Shown piece by piece: positions 38,460 to 47,016 of a stretch of DNA of 64,000 nucleotides. Position 1 is the stretch's first letter; each line of letters opens with the position of its first letter. Source of the stretch: an uncultured Gammaproteobacteria bacterium (GTDB lineage Bacteria; Patescibacteriota; Patescibacteriia; Patescibacteriales; UBA12465); NCBI GenBank assembly GCA_964616855.1, contig CAZTUJ010000001.1, positions 256,301-320,300 on the forward strand, in the 5' to 3' direction. A program made the translations under genes and the position numbers. The notes under the pieces were generated by a model that saw only the letters and a program-made list of their open reading frames with translations, was not told where the DNA came from and searched no databases.

Positions 38460-39364
38460 GTTTTGCGGCCAACATAGTGGCGGTCTTGCTGTCTGTCTGG
38501 ACTCCGGCCACCACGACAATGTATGCCAGCGGTCCTTGGCGGGGCGTTGACGCTTGTGTCAGCGGTCAGCATTTACCGGCTAATGGCGACCGGCCTTTAG
38601 TAACTAAGCCAGCCCCAGAGATTGCGGCCGTTAGTGCTGCTGTTTTAACTGATGACGGCCATCTTTGGCTCAACACCAAAGCACCGGAACATCGCCAGCC
38701 GATTGCCAGTATTACTAAGTTGATGACTGCTTTAGTTTTTTTAGATCATCAACCAGGCTGGGATAAGAGCTATACCATCACGCGGGCGGATGCGGTTGAG
38801 GGCGGGAAGGTTAATCTGTTTTTGGGAGAGACGGTGCTGGTCAAAGATTTATTCAATGCTAGTTTAGTCGCTTCTGATAACGGCGCCACCTTGGCCCTGG
38901 CTCGGGCCACTGGTCTCAGTGATGCTGATTTCATTATTGCCATGAATCAGAAGGCTCAAGATTTAGGCTTGCTTCAGACCGCTTTCTCTGATCCGATTGG
39001 TTTAAATAATGATAATTTGTCCACCGCTAAAGATGTTGCCCGTTTAGCCCAAGCCGCTTTGAATCAGCCTGATATTGCCGCCGCTGTTTCCCGTTCTAGT
39101 TATCGTTTTCAAACAGAGCAGGGACAGGAAAAGCATTTAGAATCAACTGATTGGCTCTTAGATGGTGGTTCAAAAGATAATTTAGAAACCTTAGGCGGGA
39201 AAACCGGCTATACCGAGCAGGCCGGCTATTGCTTTGTCGGCCGCTTCCGGGATGCTCAGGGTCGTAGTTTAATCGTCGCTGTTTTAGACAGCGGCAGCAA
39301 GAATGATCGCTTTCTTCAGGCCCGCGCTTTAGCCGCTTGGGCCTTCACTTATTGTCAGTGGTAA
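38453..39364 (+). CDS. D-alanyl-D-alanine carboxypeptidase (S11 serine peptidase / low-MW PBP)
   Basis: N-terminal anchor, then SITKLMTA (SxxK), ASDNGA (SxN) and GGKTGYT (KTG). Confidence 0.85.
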   Translation: MLSFAANIVAVLLSVWTPATTTMYASGPWRGVDACVSGQHLPANGDRPLVTKPAPEIAAVSAAVLTDDGHLWLNTKAPEHRQPIASITKLMTALVFLDHQPGWDKSYTITRADAVEGGKVNLFLGETVLVKDLFNASLVASDNGATLALARATGLSDADFIIAMNQKAQDLGLLQTAFSDPIGLNNDNLSTAKDVARLAQAALNQPDIAAAVSRSSYRFQTEQGQEKHLESTDWLLDGGSKDNLETLGGKTGYTEQAGYCFVGRFRDAQGRSLIVAVLDSGSKNDRFLQARALAAWAFTYCQW

Positions 39365-39371
39365 TCTATTT

Positions 39372-39845
39372 ATGCCCATCATTAATCGTCTATACTATCG
39401 TTTCCGCTCTTTTTTTTCCAAATGCTATCCTCGGCTCTTTCATTTTTGCGAGGAGCGTAAAGCCATCATTAAATTTTTCTTTGCCGGTGCTTTTGCGGCC
39501 GCTGTTGATTTAATTGCTTTGTTTATCTTCCACGGAGTTTTTCACTGGCATATTATTGTTGCTACTTCTGTCGCCTTTCTCCTTTCTTTCTTGGTGAGCT
39601 TCAGTTTGCAGAAACTTTGGACTTTCCGTAATTATAGTAACAAGCGTTTACCCCGGCAATTAGTTCTTTATCTTAGTGCCGCTTTTATCAGTCTCAACAT
39701 TAATGCGGCCGCCATGCACCTGTTAGTCAATAATCTTGGTGTTTGGTATTTACTCTCGCAGATTATTGTTAACCTTTGTTTGGGGGTGATTAATTTCTTT
39801 ACTTATAAATTTATAGTTTTTCGTAAAAGCAAAGATGAAGCTTAA
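39372..39845 (+). CDS. GtrA family membrane protein
   Basis: 157 aa, four TM helices, FFFAGAFAAAVDL start and YKFIVFRK end typical of GtrA-like proteins. Confidence 0.65.
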   Translation: MPIINRLYYRFRSFFSKCYPRLFHFCEERKAIIKFFFAGAFAAAVDLIALFIFHGVFHWHIIVATSVAFLLSFLVSFSLQKLWTFRNYSNKRLPRQLVLYLSAAFISLNINAAAMHLLVNNLGVWYLLSQIIVNLCLGVINFFTYKFIVFRKSKDEA

Positions 39846-40308
39846 ATTAGCCTACACACAATTAGGGGGAGTTAGTCCGGCCCAGTGGCTTCGCCGCGCT
39901 GGCTATACTTTTATTGTTGATCGTCAGAGCGGTCAGGAAAGTTTTGCTCGCCGTTTCAACCGTGATTTCTATCCCCGTTTTCATTTATATATTCAGGAAA
40001 CACCAGGTAGTGACACTCTATTTTTCAATCTACACTTAGATCAGAAGAAGGCGAGCTATGCCGGCCAGACCCGCCACAGCGCCGATTATGAAGGGGAATT
40101 GGTAGAGGGCGAAATTGCCCGTTTAAGCGCCCTCCTGGGCCAAGTTTCCAGCAATCCTTCTACCAGGCCAGAAGTGCCGGCAAAGGCCGTCAGCGCCCCT
40201 TTTCAGGCCCCTGCGGGCGATGTTTTAGGGCGTTTGTCCGCCCCTCCTTTAAACTCTTTGCCGCCGGTCCCGCCCCAGCCTTCCTGGTGGCGAAAACTAT
40301 TTTCTTAA
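39835..40308 (+). CDS. Hypothetical protein with Pro-rich C-terminus
   Basis: 157-aa ORF overlapping the GtrA stop by 11 nt. No recognised motif. Confidence 0.5.
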   Translation: MKLKLAYTQLGGVSPAQWLRRAGYTFIVDRQSGQESFARRFNRDFYPRFHLYIQETPGSDTLFFNLHLDQKKASYAGQTRHSADYEGELVEGEIARLSALLGQVSSNPSTRPEVPAKAVSAPFQAPAGDVLGRLSAPPLNSLPPVPPQPSWWRKLFS

Positions 40309-40311
40309 ACT

Positions 40312-42117
40312 ATGTCTCCCGCCGAAGAGATTAAAACTAAATTGGATATTGTCGAGGTCATTCGGGAATATATCCAGGTGAAAGCGGCTGGTGCTAATTT
40401 TCAAGCGCTCTGTCCTTTTCACCGGGAAAAGTCTCCGTCTTTTGTGATTTCTCCAGACAAGCAGATTTGGCATTGTTTTGGTTGCGGTAAGGGCGGTGAC
40501 GTCCTTTCTTTTGTGCAGGAAATGGAAGGCTTGAGTTTTCCCGATACTTTACGTTTACTGGCCCCCAAAGCAGGGGTAGTCTTGAGTCAGGAAAATAAAC
40601 AGGAATATTCGAAACGGGGACGACTGTTAGATTGTTTACAGAGTGCCGCTACCCAGTATACTCATTGGCTGGAAAGCGAAGAAGCGGGTCAGCGCATGCT
40701 CGCCTATCTTCTTAAACGGGGCTTGAGCGCTCAGACAATTAAAGATTGGCAGGTGGGCTATGGTCCAGAGAAATGGACGGCCATGTTGGAATATTTACGC
40801 GCTCAGAAATTTAGTGAAGCGGAAATCTTTGCCGCCGGTTTGGCCGGACGGAGCGAGCGGGGCAGTGCCTATGATCGTTTTCGTGATCGCATTGTTTTTC
40901 CCATCCGTGATGTCAGTGGCAGTATCATTGCTTTCACTGCCCGCGTTAATCCAGAAAAAGCTGACGCTACTCCTGGTGGTAAATATATTAATAGTCCGCA
41001 AACAGAAATGTATGACAAGAGCCGGGTGCTCTTTGCTTTAGATAAGGCCAAGAAAGCGATTAAAGAACGGGGCTTTGCCATTGTGGTAGAAGGACAGATG
41101 GATGCTATTGCTTGTCATCAACATGGCTTCACTAACACTGTCGCCTCTTCCGGCACGGCTTTAACAGCTGAACAATTACGTTTGCTTAAACGCTTTACCA
41201 ACAACATTGCCCTATCTTTTGACATGGATAATGCCGGCCAATTGGCGGCTGACCGCGGTATCCGCGAGGCGATGTCTTTGGATATTAATATTAAAATTAT
41301 TGTTCTTCCTGGGCAGTATAAGGATCCGGATGAATGCTTACAGGCCAACCCCGAAGATTTCAAACAGGCGGTCATTAATTCTCGGCCGATGATGGAATAC
41401 TATTTTGATAAAGTAAAAACAGACAAGGATTTGCGCAAGCTGAGCGACAAGAAGGAGGTAACTAGTTTGATGTTGAATATGATTGTGAAACTGGCCAACA
41501 AAATTGACCAGGACTATTGGTTCCAGCGCTTAGCGGAAAATGTGGGCATCTCTGAACAGATTCTGCGCGAGAGTGTGGCTGGAGCCAAGCTGGAAAAGAA
41601 CGCTCTCCCTAACGCCGAACGCCAAGCCGCCCCTTTGCCCGCTCTAACCAGTGCTACCAGGGAAGAGCGCTTGTCCGAGATTCTCTTAGCTCTGCTTCTC
41701 AAGTCTCCGGACTTCATTGCCTATACCGTTTCCCACTTAGAGCCCGATGATTTAGCCGGGGAAGGCGCCCAGGCGTTTTACAAGAACTTGATTATCTATT
41801 ATAATAAATTTGCCCTGCTTGAATACAATTCTTTTCGCTTATATTTGCAAGAACAAGCCGATGGGAGCGGGGAAATTTGTGACCGTCTCGCCCTCTTGGG
41901 AGAGAAGGACTACTACAGCTATGACGCTAATCAACTGAAGGCAGAAGTAGCGAAAATTCTCCTGGAATTGAAAAAGTTTAGTCTTAAGCGGCGTATTAAA
42001 TCATTGCAGGACCAAATTAGTACGGCTGAAGCCGGTGGGGAAGATAATGGCATGGACCTGTTGATGACGGAAATTAAAAATTTGACCGAGCAGCTCAACT
42101 CGCTGCATTCTCTCTAA
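40312..42117 (+). CDS. dnaG: DNA primase
   Basis: Zn-ribbon [30 protein letters not shown] and [14 protein letters not shown]...DMDNAG. Confidence 0.93.
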   Translation: MSPAEEIKTKLDIVEVIREYIQVKAAGANFQALCPFHREKSPSFVISPDKQIWHCFGCGKGGDVLSFVQEMEGLSFPDTLRLLAPKAGVVLSQENKQEYSKRGRLLDCLQSAATQYTHWLESEEAGQRMLAYLLKRGLSAQTIKDWQVGYGPEKWTAMLEYLRAQKFSEAEIFAAGLAGRSERGSAYDRFRDRIVFPIRDVSGSIIAFTARVNPEKADATPGGKYINSPQTEMYDKSRVLFALDKAKKAIKERGFAIVVEGQMDAIACHQHGFTNTVASSGTALTAEQLRLLKRFTNNIALSFDMDNAGQLAADRGIREAMSLDINIKIIVLPGQYKDPDECLQANPEDFKQAVINSRPMMEYYFDKVKTDKDLRKLSDKKEVTSLMLNMIVKLANKIDQDYWFQRLAENVGISEQILRESVAGAKLEKNALPNAERQAAPLPALTSATREERLSEILLALLLKSPDFIAYTVSHLEPDDLAGEGAQAFYKNLIIYYNKFALLEYNSFRLYLQEQADGSGEICDRLALLGEKDYYSYDANQLKAEVAKILLELKKFSLKRRIKSLQDQISTAEAGGEDNGMDLLMTEIKNLTEQLNSLHSL

Positions 42118-42125
42118 ATAAATCT

Positions 42126-43457
42126 ATGGCTACTAGCAAAAAAAACAACAAGAAGGGCAAGGCGCCGGTGAAAAAGGCTCCGGCTAAAAAAGCGCCCATC
42201 AAGAAAAAAGCCCCGGTCAAAAAAGCTGCTGTCAAAAAGACGGTGGCTAAAAAAGTGGTGGCCAAAAAGCCCTTAGCTAAAAAAGCCCCGGTCAAGAAGG
42301 CTCCACTGAAGAAAGCGCCGGTAAAGGCGGTGGTGAAAGCCAAGCTGCCGGAAAGACCGCCGCGCGAAGTGGTGCAGCCCAATGAAGAACAGTTGAAGAA
42401 GCTTTTAGAAAAAGGCCGTCTTCGTGGTTTTGTCACGGAAACGGAATTACTATATCTTTTCCCCGAAGTCGAAGAGTATGTTTATGAATATGATGTCTTT
42501 TTAGGGGATTTACAAAAGAACGGCATCCGCATTGCTGAAGATTCCGGTCGGATTTTAGATGTGCAGGAAAAGAATCCCAACATTACCTCGGCGAAAGCCG
42601 CGGCCGCCGTTACCTTCGACCTCTCTAAACTTAGCGCCGACTCCATTCAGATGTATTTGAAAGAAATTGGCAAAGTGCCTTTGCTTAGTGGTGATGAAGA
42701 AGTGGAGCTAGCCAAGAGAAAAGAAAAGGGAGATAAAGAAGCAGAAAAAAAGATTATTGAAGCTAACCTCCGTTTGGTGGTTTCCATTGCTAAGAAGTTT
42801 GCCGGCGCTAAAGGTTTGAGTCTTTTAGATTTAATTCAGGAAGGTAATATTGGTTTGTTTAGAGCGGTAGAAAAATTTGAATATCGCAAGGGCTATAAGT
42901 TCTCCACCTACGCTACCTGGTGGATTCGTCAGGCCATCACCCGCGCTTTAGCCGATCAGAGCCGCACCATCCGTATTCCCGTGCATATGGTGGAAACGAT
43001 TAATAAGTTCCAGCAAGTGCAACGCACTTTAATTCAGGAATTAGGCCGAGAGCCCCTAGCGGAAGAAATTGCTGCCGAAATGGGAGAAGATATTGAAAAG
43101 GTGCGCTATATTATCAAGATTTCTCAAGATACGATTTCTCTAGAAACTAGTATCGGTGATGATGAAGAAGATTCCACTCTGGAAGATTTTATTGAAGATG
43201 TTAAAAATGTCACTCCGGATAGAGCTGCCGCTTTGCAATTGCTTAGAGACTATGTCAAAAATATTGTGGCTCAACTCTCTCCGCGTGAACAGAAGATTTT
43301 AGAGATGCGTTTCGGTTTGGCCGATGGCGTGGCTCATACTTTAGAAGAAGTGGGTCAGGAATTTGAAGTGACGCGCGAACGTATCCGTCAGATTGAAAGC
43401 AAGGCTTTAGAAAAAATCAGGAAGCTCAAAGGCTTGGAGAAGCTGAGAGACTACTAA
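42126..43457 (+). CDS. rpoD: RNA polymerase sigma factor RpoD (sigma70) with Lys/Ala/Pro-rich N-terminal tail
   Basis: Region 2 [18 protein letters not shown], region 3, and region 4.2 [24 protein letters not shown]. Confidence 0.93.
   Translation: MATSKKNNKKGKAPVKKAPAKKAPIKKKAPVKKAAVKKTVAKKVVAKKPLAKKAPVKKAPLKKAPVKAVVKAKLPERPPREVVQPNEEQLKKLLEKGRLRGFVTETELLYLFPEVEEYVYEYDVFLGDLQKNGIRIAEDSGRILDVQEKNPNITSAKAAAAVTFDLSKLSADSIQMYLKEIGKVPLLSGDEEVELAKRKEKGDKEAEKKIIEANLRLVVSIAKKFAGAKGLSLLDLIQEGNIGLFRAVEKFEYRKGYKFSTYATWWIRQAITRALADQSRTIRIPVHMVETINKFQQVQRTLIQELGREPLAEEIAAEMGEDIEKVRYIIKISQDTISLETSIGDDEEDSTLEDFIEDVKNVTPDRAAALQLLRDYVKNIVAQLSPREQKILEMRFGLADGVAHTLEEVGQEFEVTRERIRQIESKALEKIRKLKGLEKLRDY
42150..42340 (+). 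repeat. In-frame Lys/Ala/Pro codon repeats (KKAPxKK units) at the rpoD 5' end
   Basis: Translated as [59 protein letters not shown] mirrored low-complexity ORF appears on the opposite strand. Confidence 0.8.
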
Positions 43458-43467
43458 TTGCTGAAAT

Positions 43468-44508
43468 ATGGCACGCAAAGCCAAAAAAATAATCTTTCGG
43501 AAGAATTTTACTCGCAATACTACCCTGATTCTCCAACAGCTTTGGCCGGTGGTGATGGAAGAGGGCATTGAGGAGTTAAAGATTATTAACCCCTATCGCC
43601 CGACCGTAGTGGACTATATTAATCAGGGTACTTGTGAGATTTGGGAAAACGACCTCGCCGTGGCTTTTATTGCCCGGAAATTTATTGAATATTGTCAAAA
43701 AGAGCCGGAGCAGGCTCTTTTGTTTTTGCAAGGCTATCAGCGGAAAATCAAGAAGATGGAGCCGATTTGGCAAAAGGGAGTTTTAGACAGCCTACCAGCC
43801 CTCAAGAAGTTCATTGCTCTAGTGAAAAAGAATATGGTCGGTGATTTATTCATCGTCTATGTCTCCGAAATTAAGAATATAGACCCTAAAGTCAGGGAAT
43901 TAGTTTTGAAGCTCAGAGCCAGTGATCACTATTTCTCGGCCAGTAATGAAGTTTTTAGTAATACTTTAAAGAAACTCTTTCCTCAAGTGAAGAAATATGT
44001 GGATGTTATTGGTTTAGAAGACTTAGATAAGTTGCCGCCACTGTCAGAACTCAAACAGCGCTATCAAAACTATATCTGTGTGGGTTATAGCTACGGTTGT
44101 ATTCAAACTCTTTCCGATTATGCCAGCATGCATCCGGAATATACTTTTATACAAGAGAAGCTGGCAGTAAAGGATCAGATTATCAGGGGCCGGGCCGCTA
44201 ACTTAGGGCAGGTGCAGGGAATAGCAAAATTAATCTTTACCACCGCTGATTTAAAGAAGGTGAAAAAAGGGGATATTTTAGTCTCACCCATGACTACCGT
44301 TAACTTCATGCCCGCCATCAAGAAAGCCGCTGGCATTATTACTGATGAAGGCGGGATTGCCTGTCACGCCGCTATTGTGGCCAGGGAACTGAAAAAGCCC
44401 TGTTTAATTGCCACTAAGACAGCCACGCAGTTTTTCCAAGATGGGGATTTAGTGGCCCTAGAAGCCGATAAAGGTTGGGCAAAGTTGATAAAAAGAGGGA
44501 GCAAATAG
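43468..44508 (+). CDS. PEP-utilising-enzyme mobile (phosphohistidine swivel) domain protein, paralog 1
   Basis: C-terminus GIITDEGGIACHAAIVARELKKPCLIATK...DGDLVALEADKG. His codon 44365-44367. The N-terminal about 230 aa are helical, with no ATP-grasp motifs seen. Confidence 0.8.
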   Translation: MARKAKKIIFRKNFTRNTTLILQQLWPVVMEEGIEELKIINPYRPTVVDYINQGTCEIWENDLAVAFIARKFIEYCQKEPEQALLFLQGYQRKIKKMEPIWQKGVLDSLPALKKFIALVKKNMVGDLFIVYVSEIKNIDPKVRELVLKLRASDHYFSASNEVFSNTLKKLFPQVKKYVDVIGLEDLDKLPPLSELKQRYQNYICVGYSYGCIQTLSDYASMHPEYTFIQEKLAVKDQIIRGRAANLGQVQGIAKLIFTTADLKKVKKGDILVSPMTTVNFMPAIKKAAGIITDEGGIACHAAIVARELKKPCLIATKTATQFFQDGDLVALEADKGWAKLIKRGSK

Positions 44509-44533
44509 AGCTTTTTCTTTAATTTTAGCATTA

Positions 44534-44561
44534 TTGACATAATGTCCTAATCTGGTATTAT
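44534..44561 (+). promoter_or_regulatory. Promoter of tRNA-Asn
   Basis: TTGACA (44534-44539), a 16-nt spacer, then TATTAT (44556-44561) preceded by TGg (extended -10). Confidence 0.55.
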
Positions 44562-44632
44562 ATTAGTAAATATTTCTGTTGAAATATTTTGTTTTTTGAG
44601 TAAGGAATATCACTCCCGCTACAATTTAATAT

Positions 44633-44707
44633 TCCCAGGTAGCGCAGCGGTAGCGCAGTTGGCTGTTAACCAATTGGTCGTGGGTTCGAATCCCACCCTG
44701 GGAGCCA
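44633..44707 (+). tRNA. tRNA-Asn (anticodon GTT), CCA encoded
   Basis: Hand-folded cloverleaf. Acceptor TCCCAGG/CCTGGGA, D stem GCGC/GCGC, anticodon stem GTTGG/CCAAT with loop CTGTTAA, T arm GTGGG-TTCGAAT-CCCAC, discriminator G and CCA. Confidence 0.9.
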
Positions 44708-44711
44708 AGCC

Positions 44712-44740
44712 AAAAACCCTATTAATATTGGGGTTTTTGT
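44712..44740 (+). terminator. Terminator after tRNA-Asn
   Basis: AAAAACCC...GGGTTTTT is an 8-bp stem followed by GTT. Confidence 0.6.
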
Positions 44741-44810
44741 TATATCTGGAGGGGAGATGGAATTTTTTGGCCAAAAAGCGCAATATATGTGTGCACAATA
44801 CCAGTATATA

Positions 44811-44839
44811 TTGACAAAATCATACCAATATGTTATACT
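44811..44839 (+). promoter_or_regulatory. Consensus-like promoter with about 145-nt leader before ORF 44990
   Basis: TTGACA (44811-44816), a 17-nt spacer, then TATACT (44834-44839). Confidence 0.6.
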
Positions 44840-44989
44840 TTTTAGGTCGTAGAACTTTAATAAAAGAAGAAAAAAATCTACAATATCTTCGCGATAGCTT
44901 AATGTTCTTAATTGTTTGAGATTATTAAACTGCCGCGACGGTAGTCTTTCGGCAATGTTGCCGATTGAACCTGAGAAAGGGAAAAAATT

Positions 44990-45496
44990 ATGTTATTTAC
45001 AAAAAAAATCGAGGTGACTAAGTTAGAAGCTTGTGCCTTAAGTGTGGTTCAATGGTTTGGGGAAGAAGTAATGCCCTTGGGGAATAACAGCGCCCCTCTA
45101 AAGGCTGAGAAAATTTATTTTTCTCAAATCAACTTAAGGGTTGATGAAGATCCAAATCGTTCCGATCACGAAATTCCTGCAGTCAGAAATGGCTACAAAC
45201 ATGATTACAAATTCAAAAGGGTTAGAATTAAGGCCCAATTTCTTTTAGAGGAAAGGATTACTAACAAAAAGTCTCCAAAAGATAAAAAAGACCAGATTTC
45301 TGGTGAAATTGTATTTATGAAGGAATTAAGTTCTGACGACTGGCATCTCTACACGGTGTATATTGAATATAATTTTGTTGATCATTCAAGGAAAGATTGC
45401 ACTGCAAACTTCCTTAGGACATATGATTCAAATTATATAGATCGGATTGGCAAGCGCGCTGACTTGCTAAATCTTGTAGAATATCTGTTAAGTTAA
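44990..45496 (+). CDS. Hypothetical protein
   Basis: 168-aa ORF in an AT-rich block, bounded by a promoter and a terminator. No recognised motif. Confidence 0.55.
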   Translation: MLFTKKIEVTKLEACALSVVQWFGEEVMPLGNNSAPLKAEKIYFSQINLRVDEDPNRSDHEIPAVRNGYKHDYKFKRVRIKAQFLLEERITNKKSPKDKKDQISGEIVFMKELSSDDWHLYTVYIEYNFVDHSRKDCTANFLRTYDSNYIDRIGKRADLLNLVEYLLS

Positions 45497-45504
45497 ATTC
45501 TTGA

Positions 45505-45541
45505 AAAGCCTTGAAGCGTATCAATTACGTTTCAAGGCTTT
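45505..45541 (+). terminator. Long hairpin terminator
   Basis: AAAGCCTTGAA...TTCAAGGCTTT is an 11-bp outer stem with inner CGTA/TACG pairs, followed by TAATTT. Confidence 0.65.
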
Positions 45542-45662
45542 TAATTTGTCTAAAATAATTTTAACAGATGTATATATAAACAATCCTCAATATATATAAT
45601 TTGAAGGGCAAATGGACAAAATAGTTATTTTTATGCTATTTTTGTTATATAAATATTAAAAT

Positions 45663-46319
45663 ATGGATAGCTTAAATTCCATAAGTAGTAGCGGATTAGC
45701 GGTCGACATTGACGAGACTTTGTCTTGGACTATTGGATTTTGGATTGAGGAAATGCAGAATAAATTTGGTAATCCAGAGAATCTCACTATTAAAGAAATG
45801 GTTGAGAAGTATCGATATACCCAAAACGTTCCTTATTGGCAACACGCAGAGGCTCTTGAATGGATAGATAAAAAAATTAATTCCAATGAAACTCAAGAAA
45901 ATTTGCCGTTAATTGATGGTTCTAGTGCCTATCTTAATAGAATAAATCAAATTATTCCCATTGTTGCTTATATTACTATTAGGCCGGAAAGAGTTTTAGA
46001 GGGAACAAAGAATTGGTTAAAAAAACATAATTTTCCCTCAGCTCCAGTTATATGTAGGCCAAATGAACTAGTGCATAATAATGGTAATGAATGGAAGGCT
46101 AAAATTCTAGAAGAGTCGTATCCCAAAGTATTTGGTATTATTGATGATAATGCTAAATTGTTAGATTATCTCGACATTAATTATAAGGGTAAGGTTTTTT
46201 TGTATGATCATCATGATAACCTCGGGTTTCCATTTGCTGTTGCCTGCAAAGATTGGCTACAAGTTTATGAGGAGGTAAAAAAATGTATTTTAGAGAGCAA
46301 TAATATTGTCTCAATTTAA
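45663..46319 (+). CDS. HAD-superfamily hydrolase, 5'(3')-deoxyribonucleotidase-like
   Basis: Motif I VDIDETL (DxDxT) near the N-terminus and a late GIIDDN acidic motif. The subfamily assignment is tentative. Confidence 0.5.
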   Translation: MDSLNSISSSGLAVDIDETLSWTIGFWIEEMQNKFGNPENLTIKEMVEKYRYTQNVPYWQHAEALEWIDKKINSNETQENLPLIDGSSAYLNRINQIIPIVAYITIRPERVLEGTKNWLKKHNFPSAPVICRPNELVHNNGNEWKAKILEESYPKVFGIIDDNAKLLDYLDINYKGKVFLYDHHDNLGFPFAVACKDWLQVYEEVKKCILESNNIVSI

Positions 46320-46334
46320 TATATAAATAAAACT

Positions 46335-46832
46335 ATGATTAAAGTTAAAGAGCCGTCAGCCTTTGCTATCGAGGCTAAGTATTATTTACTTGCGAATTTG
46401 TTAATGTTTATTTTCTTTTTGTCTGTAGCATTTTCACTATCAGGTAGCAGCAATTTTTTTAAAATCTTTTTAGCGATTGCAGTTATATTGGGACTTCCTT
46501 TTTATATTTATATAATATTATTATATAGATCTTGGTCATTTTTGGTTGATGAAAATAGTATAACTATTAATTCCGGAATTATAGTAAAAAAATCCAAAAT
46601 AATACCATTTGATAAAGTTCAAAATATCAGTCAAAAACAAGGGATAATAATGGGAATGTTTGGGATTACCAATTTTGATATTTGGACTTCATCACCGTCT
46701 CAAATTAATATCAATAAAGGACAAACATCTAACAAGCCGGACGGTAATCTAGTTTTAACGACGGAAGACGCTGAGTGGTTGCAGAGATTTATGACCTCTA
46801 AGCCAGGAGATGGTAATAAAGCCTCAGAATGA
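46335..46832 (+). CDS. Membrane protein with bacterial PH (bPH_2/YdbS-like) domain
   Basis: Two TM helices. Then SWSFLVDENSITINSGIIVKKSKIIPFDKVQNISQKQGIIMGMFGITNFDIWTSS, typical of the bPH_2 fold. Confidence 0.65.
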   Translation: MIKVKEPSAFAIEAKYYLLANLLMFIFFLSVAFSLSGSSNFFKIFLAIAVILGLPFYIYIILLYRSWSFLVDENSITINSGIIVKKSKIIPFDKVQNISQKQGIIMGMFGITNFDIWTSSPSQININKGQTSNKPDGNLVLTTEDAEWLQRFMTSKPGDGNKASE

Positions 46833-46854
46833 TTTTATAGACTAAGCGCAAGCT

Positions 46855-46883
46855 AAAACAGAGCCTAAAAGCTCTGTTTTTTG
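46855..46883 (+). terminator. Rho-independent terminator
   Basis: AAAACAGAGC-ctaaaa-GCTCTGTTTT followed by TTG. Confidence 0.8.
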
Positions 46884-46940
46884 CTTCAATTACACAAATA
46901 AAGATGTCTAGACTCACCTTCTATACCGTCCAACAACTTA

Positions 46941-46969
46941 TTGACTAAATTTATTTTTTGTTGTAATAT
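46941..46969 (+). promoter_or_regulatory. Promoter of valS
   Basis: TTGACT (46941-46946), a 17-nt spacer, then TAATAT (46964-46969). Confidence 0.55.
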
Positions 46970-47016
46970 TTAGAGTTAAATCAAACGTAGCATTAACAAC
47001 TTAATAACCCGATATC

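Noticed and set aside
42095-42436. 113-aa minus-strand ORF opposite the rpoD 5' end
   Set aside because: It is the mirror image of the KKAP codon repeats (it gives an FLxGAF low-complexity translation), so it is an artefact of the repeat.
44596-44814. 72-aa ORF overlapping tRNA-Asn
   Set aside because: The region folds into a complete canonical tRNA cloverleaf, so the ORF is incidental.
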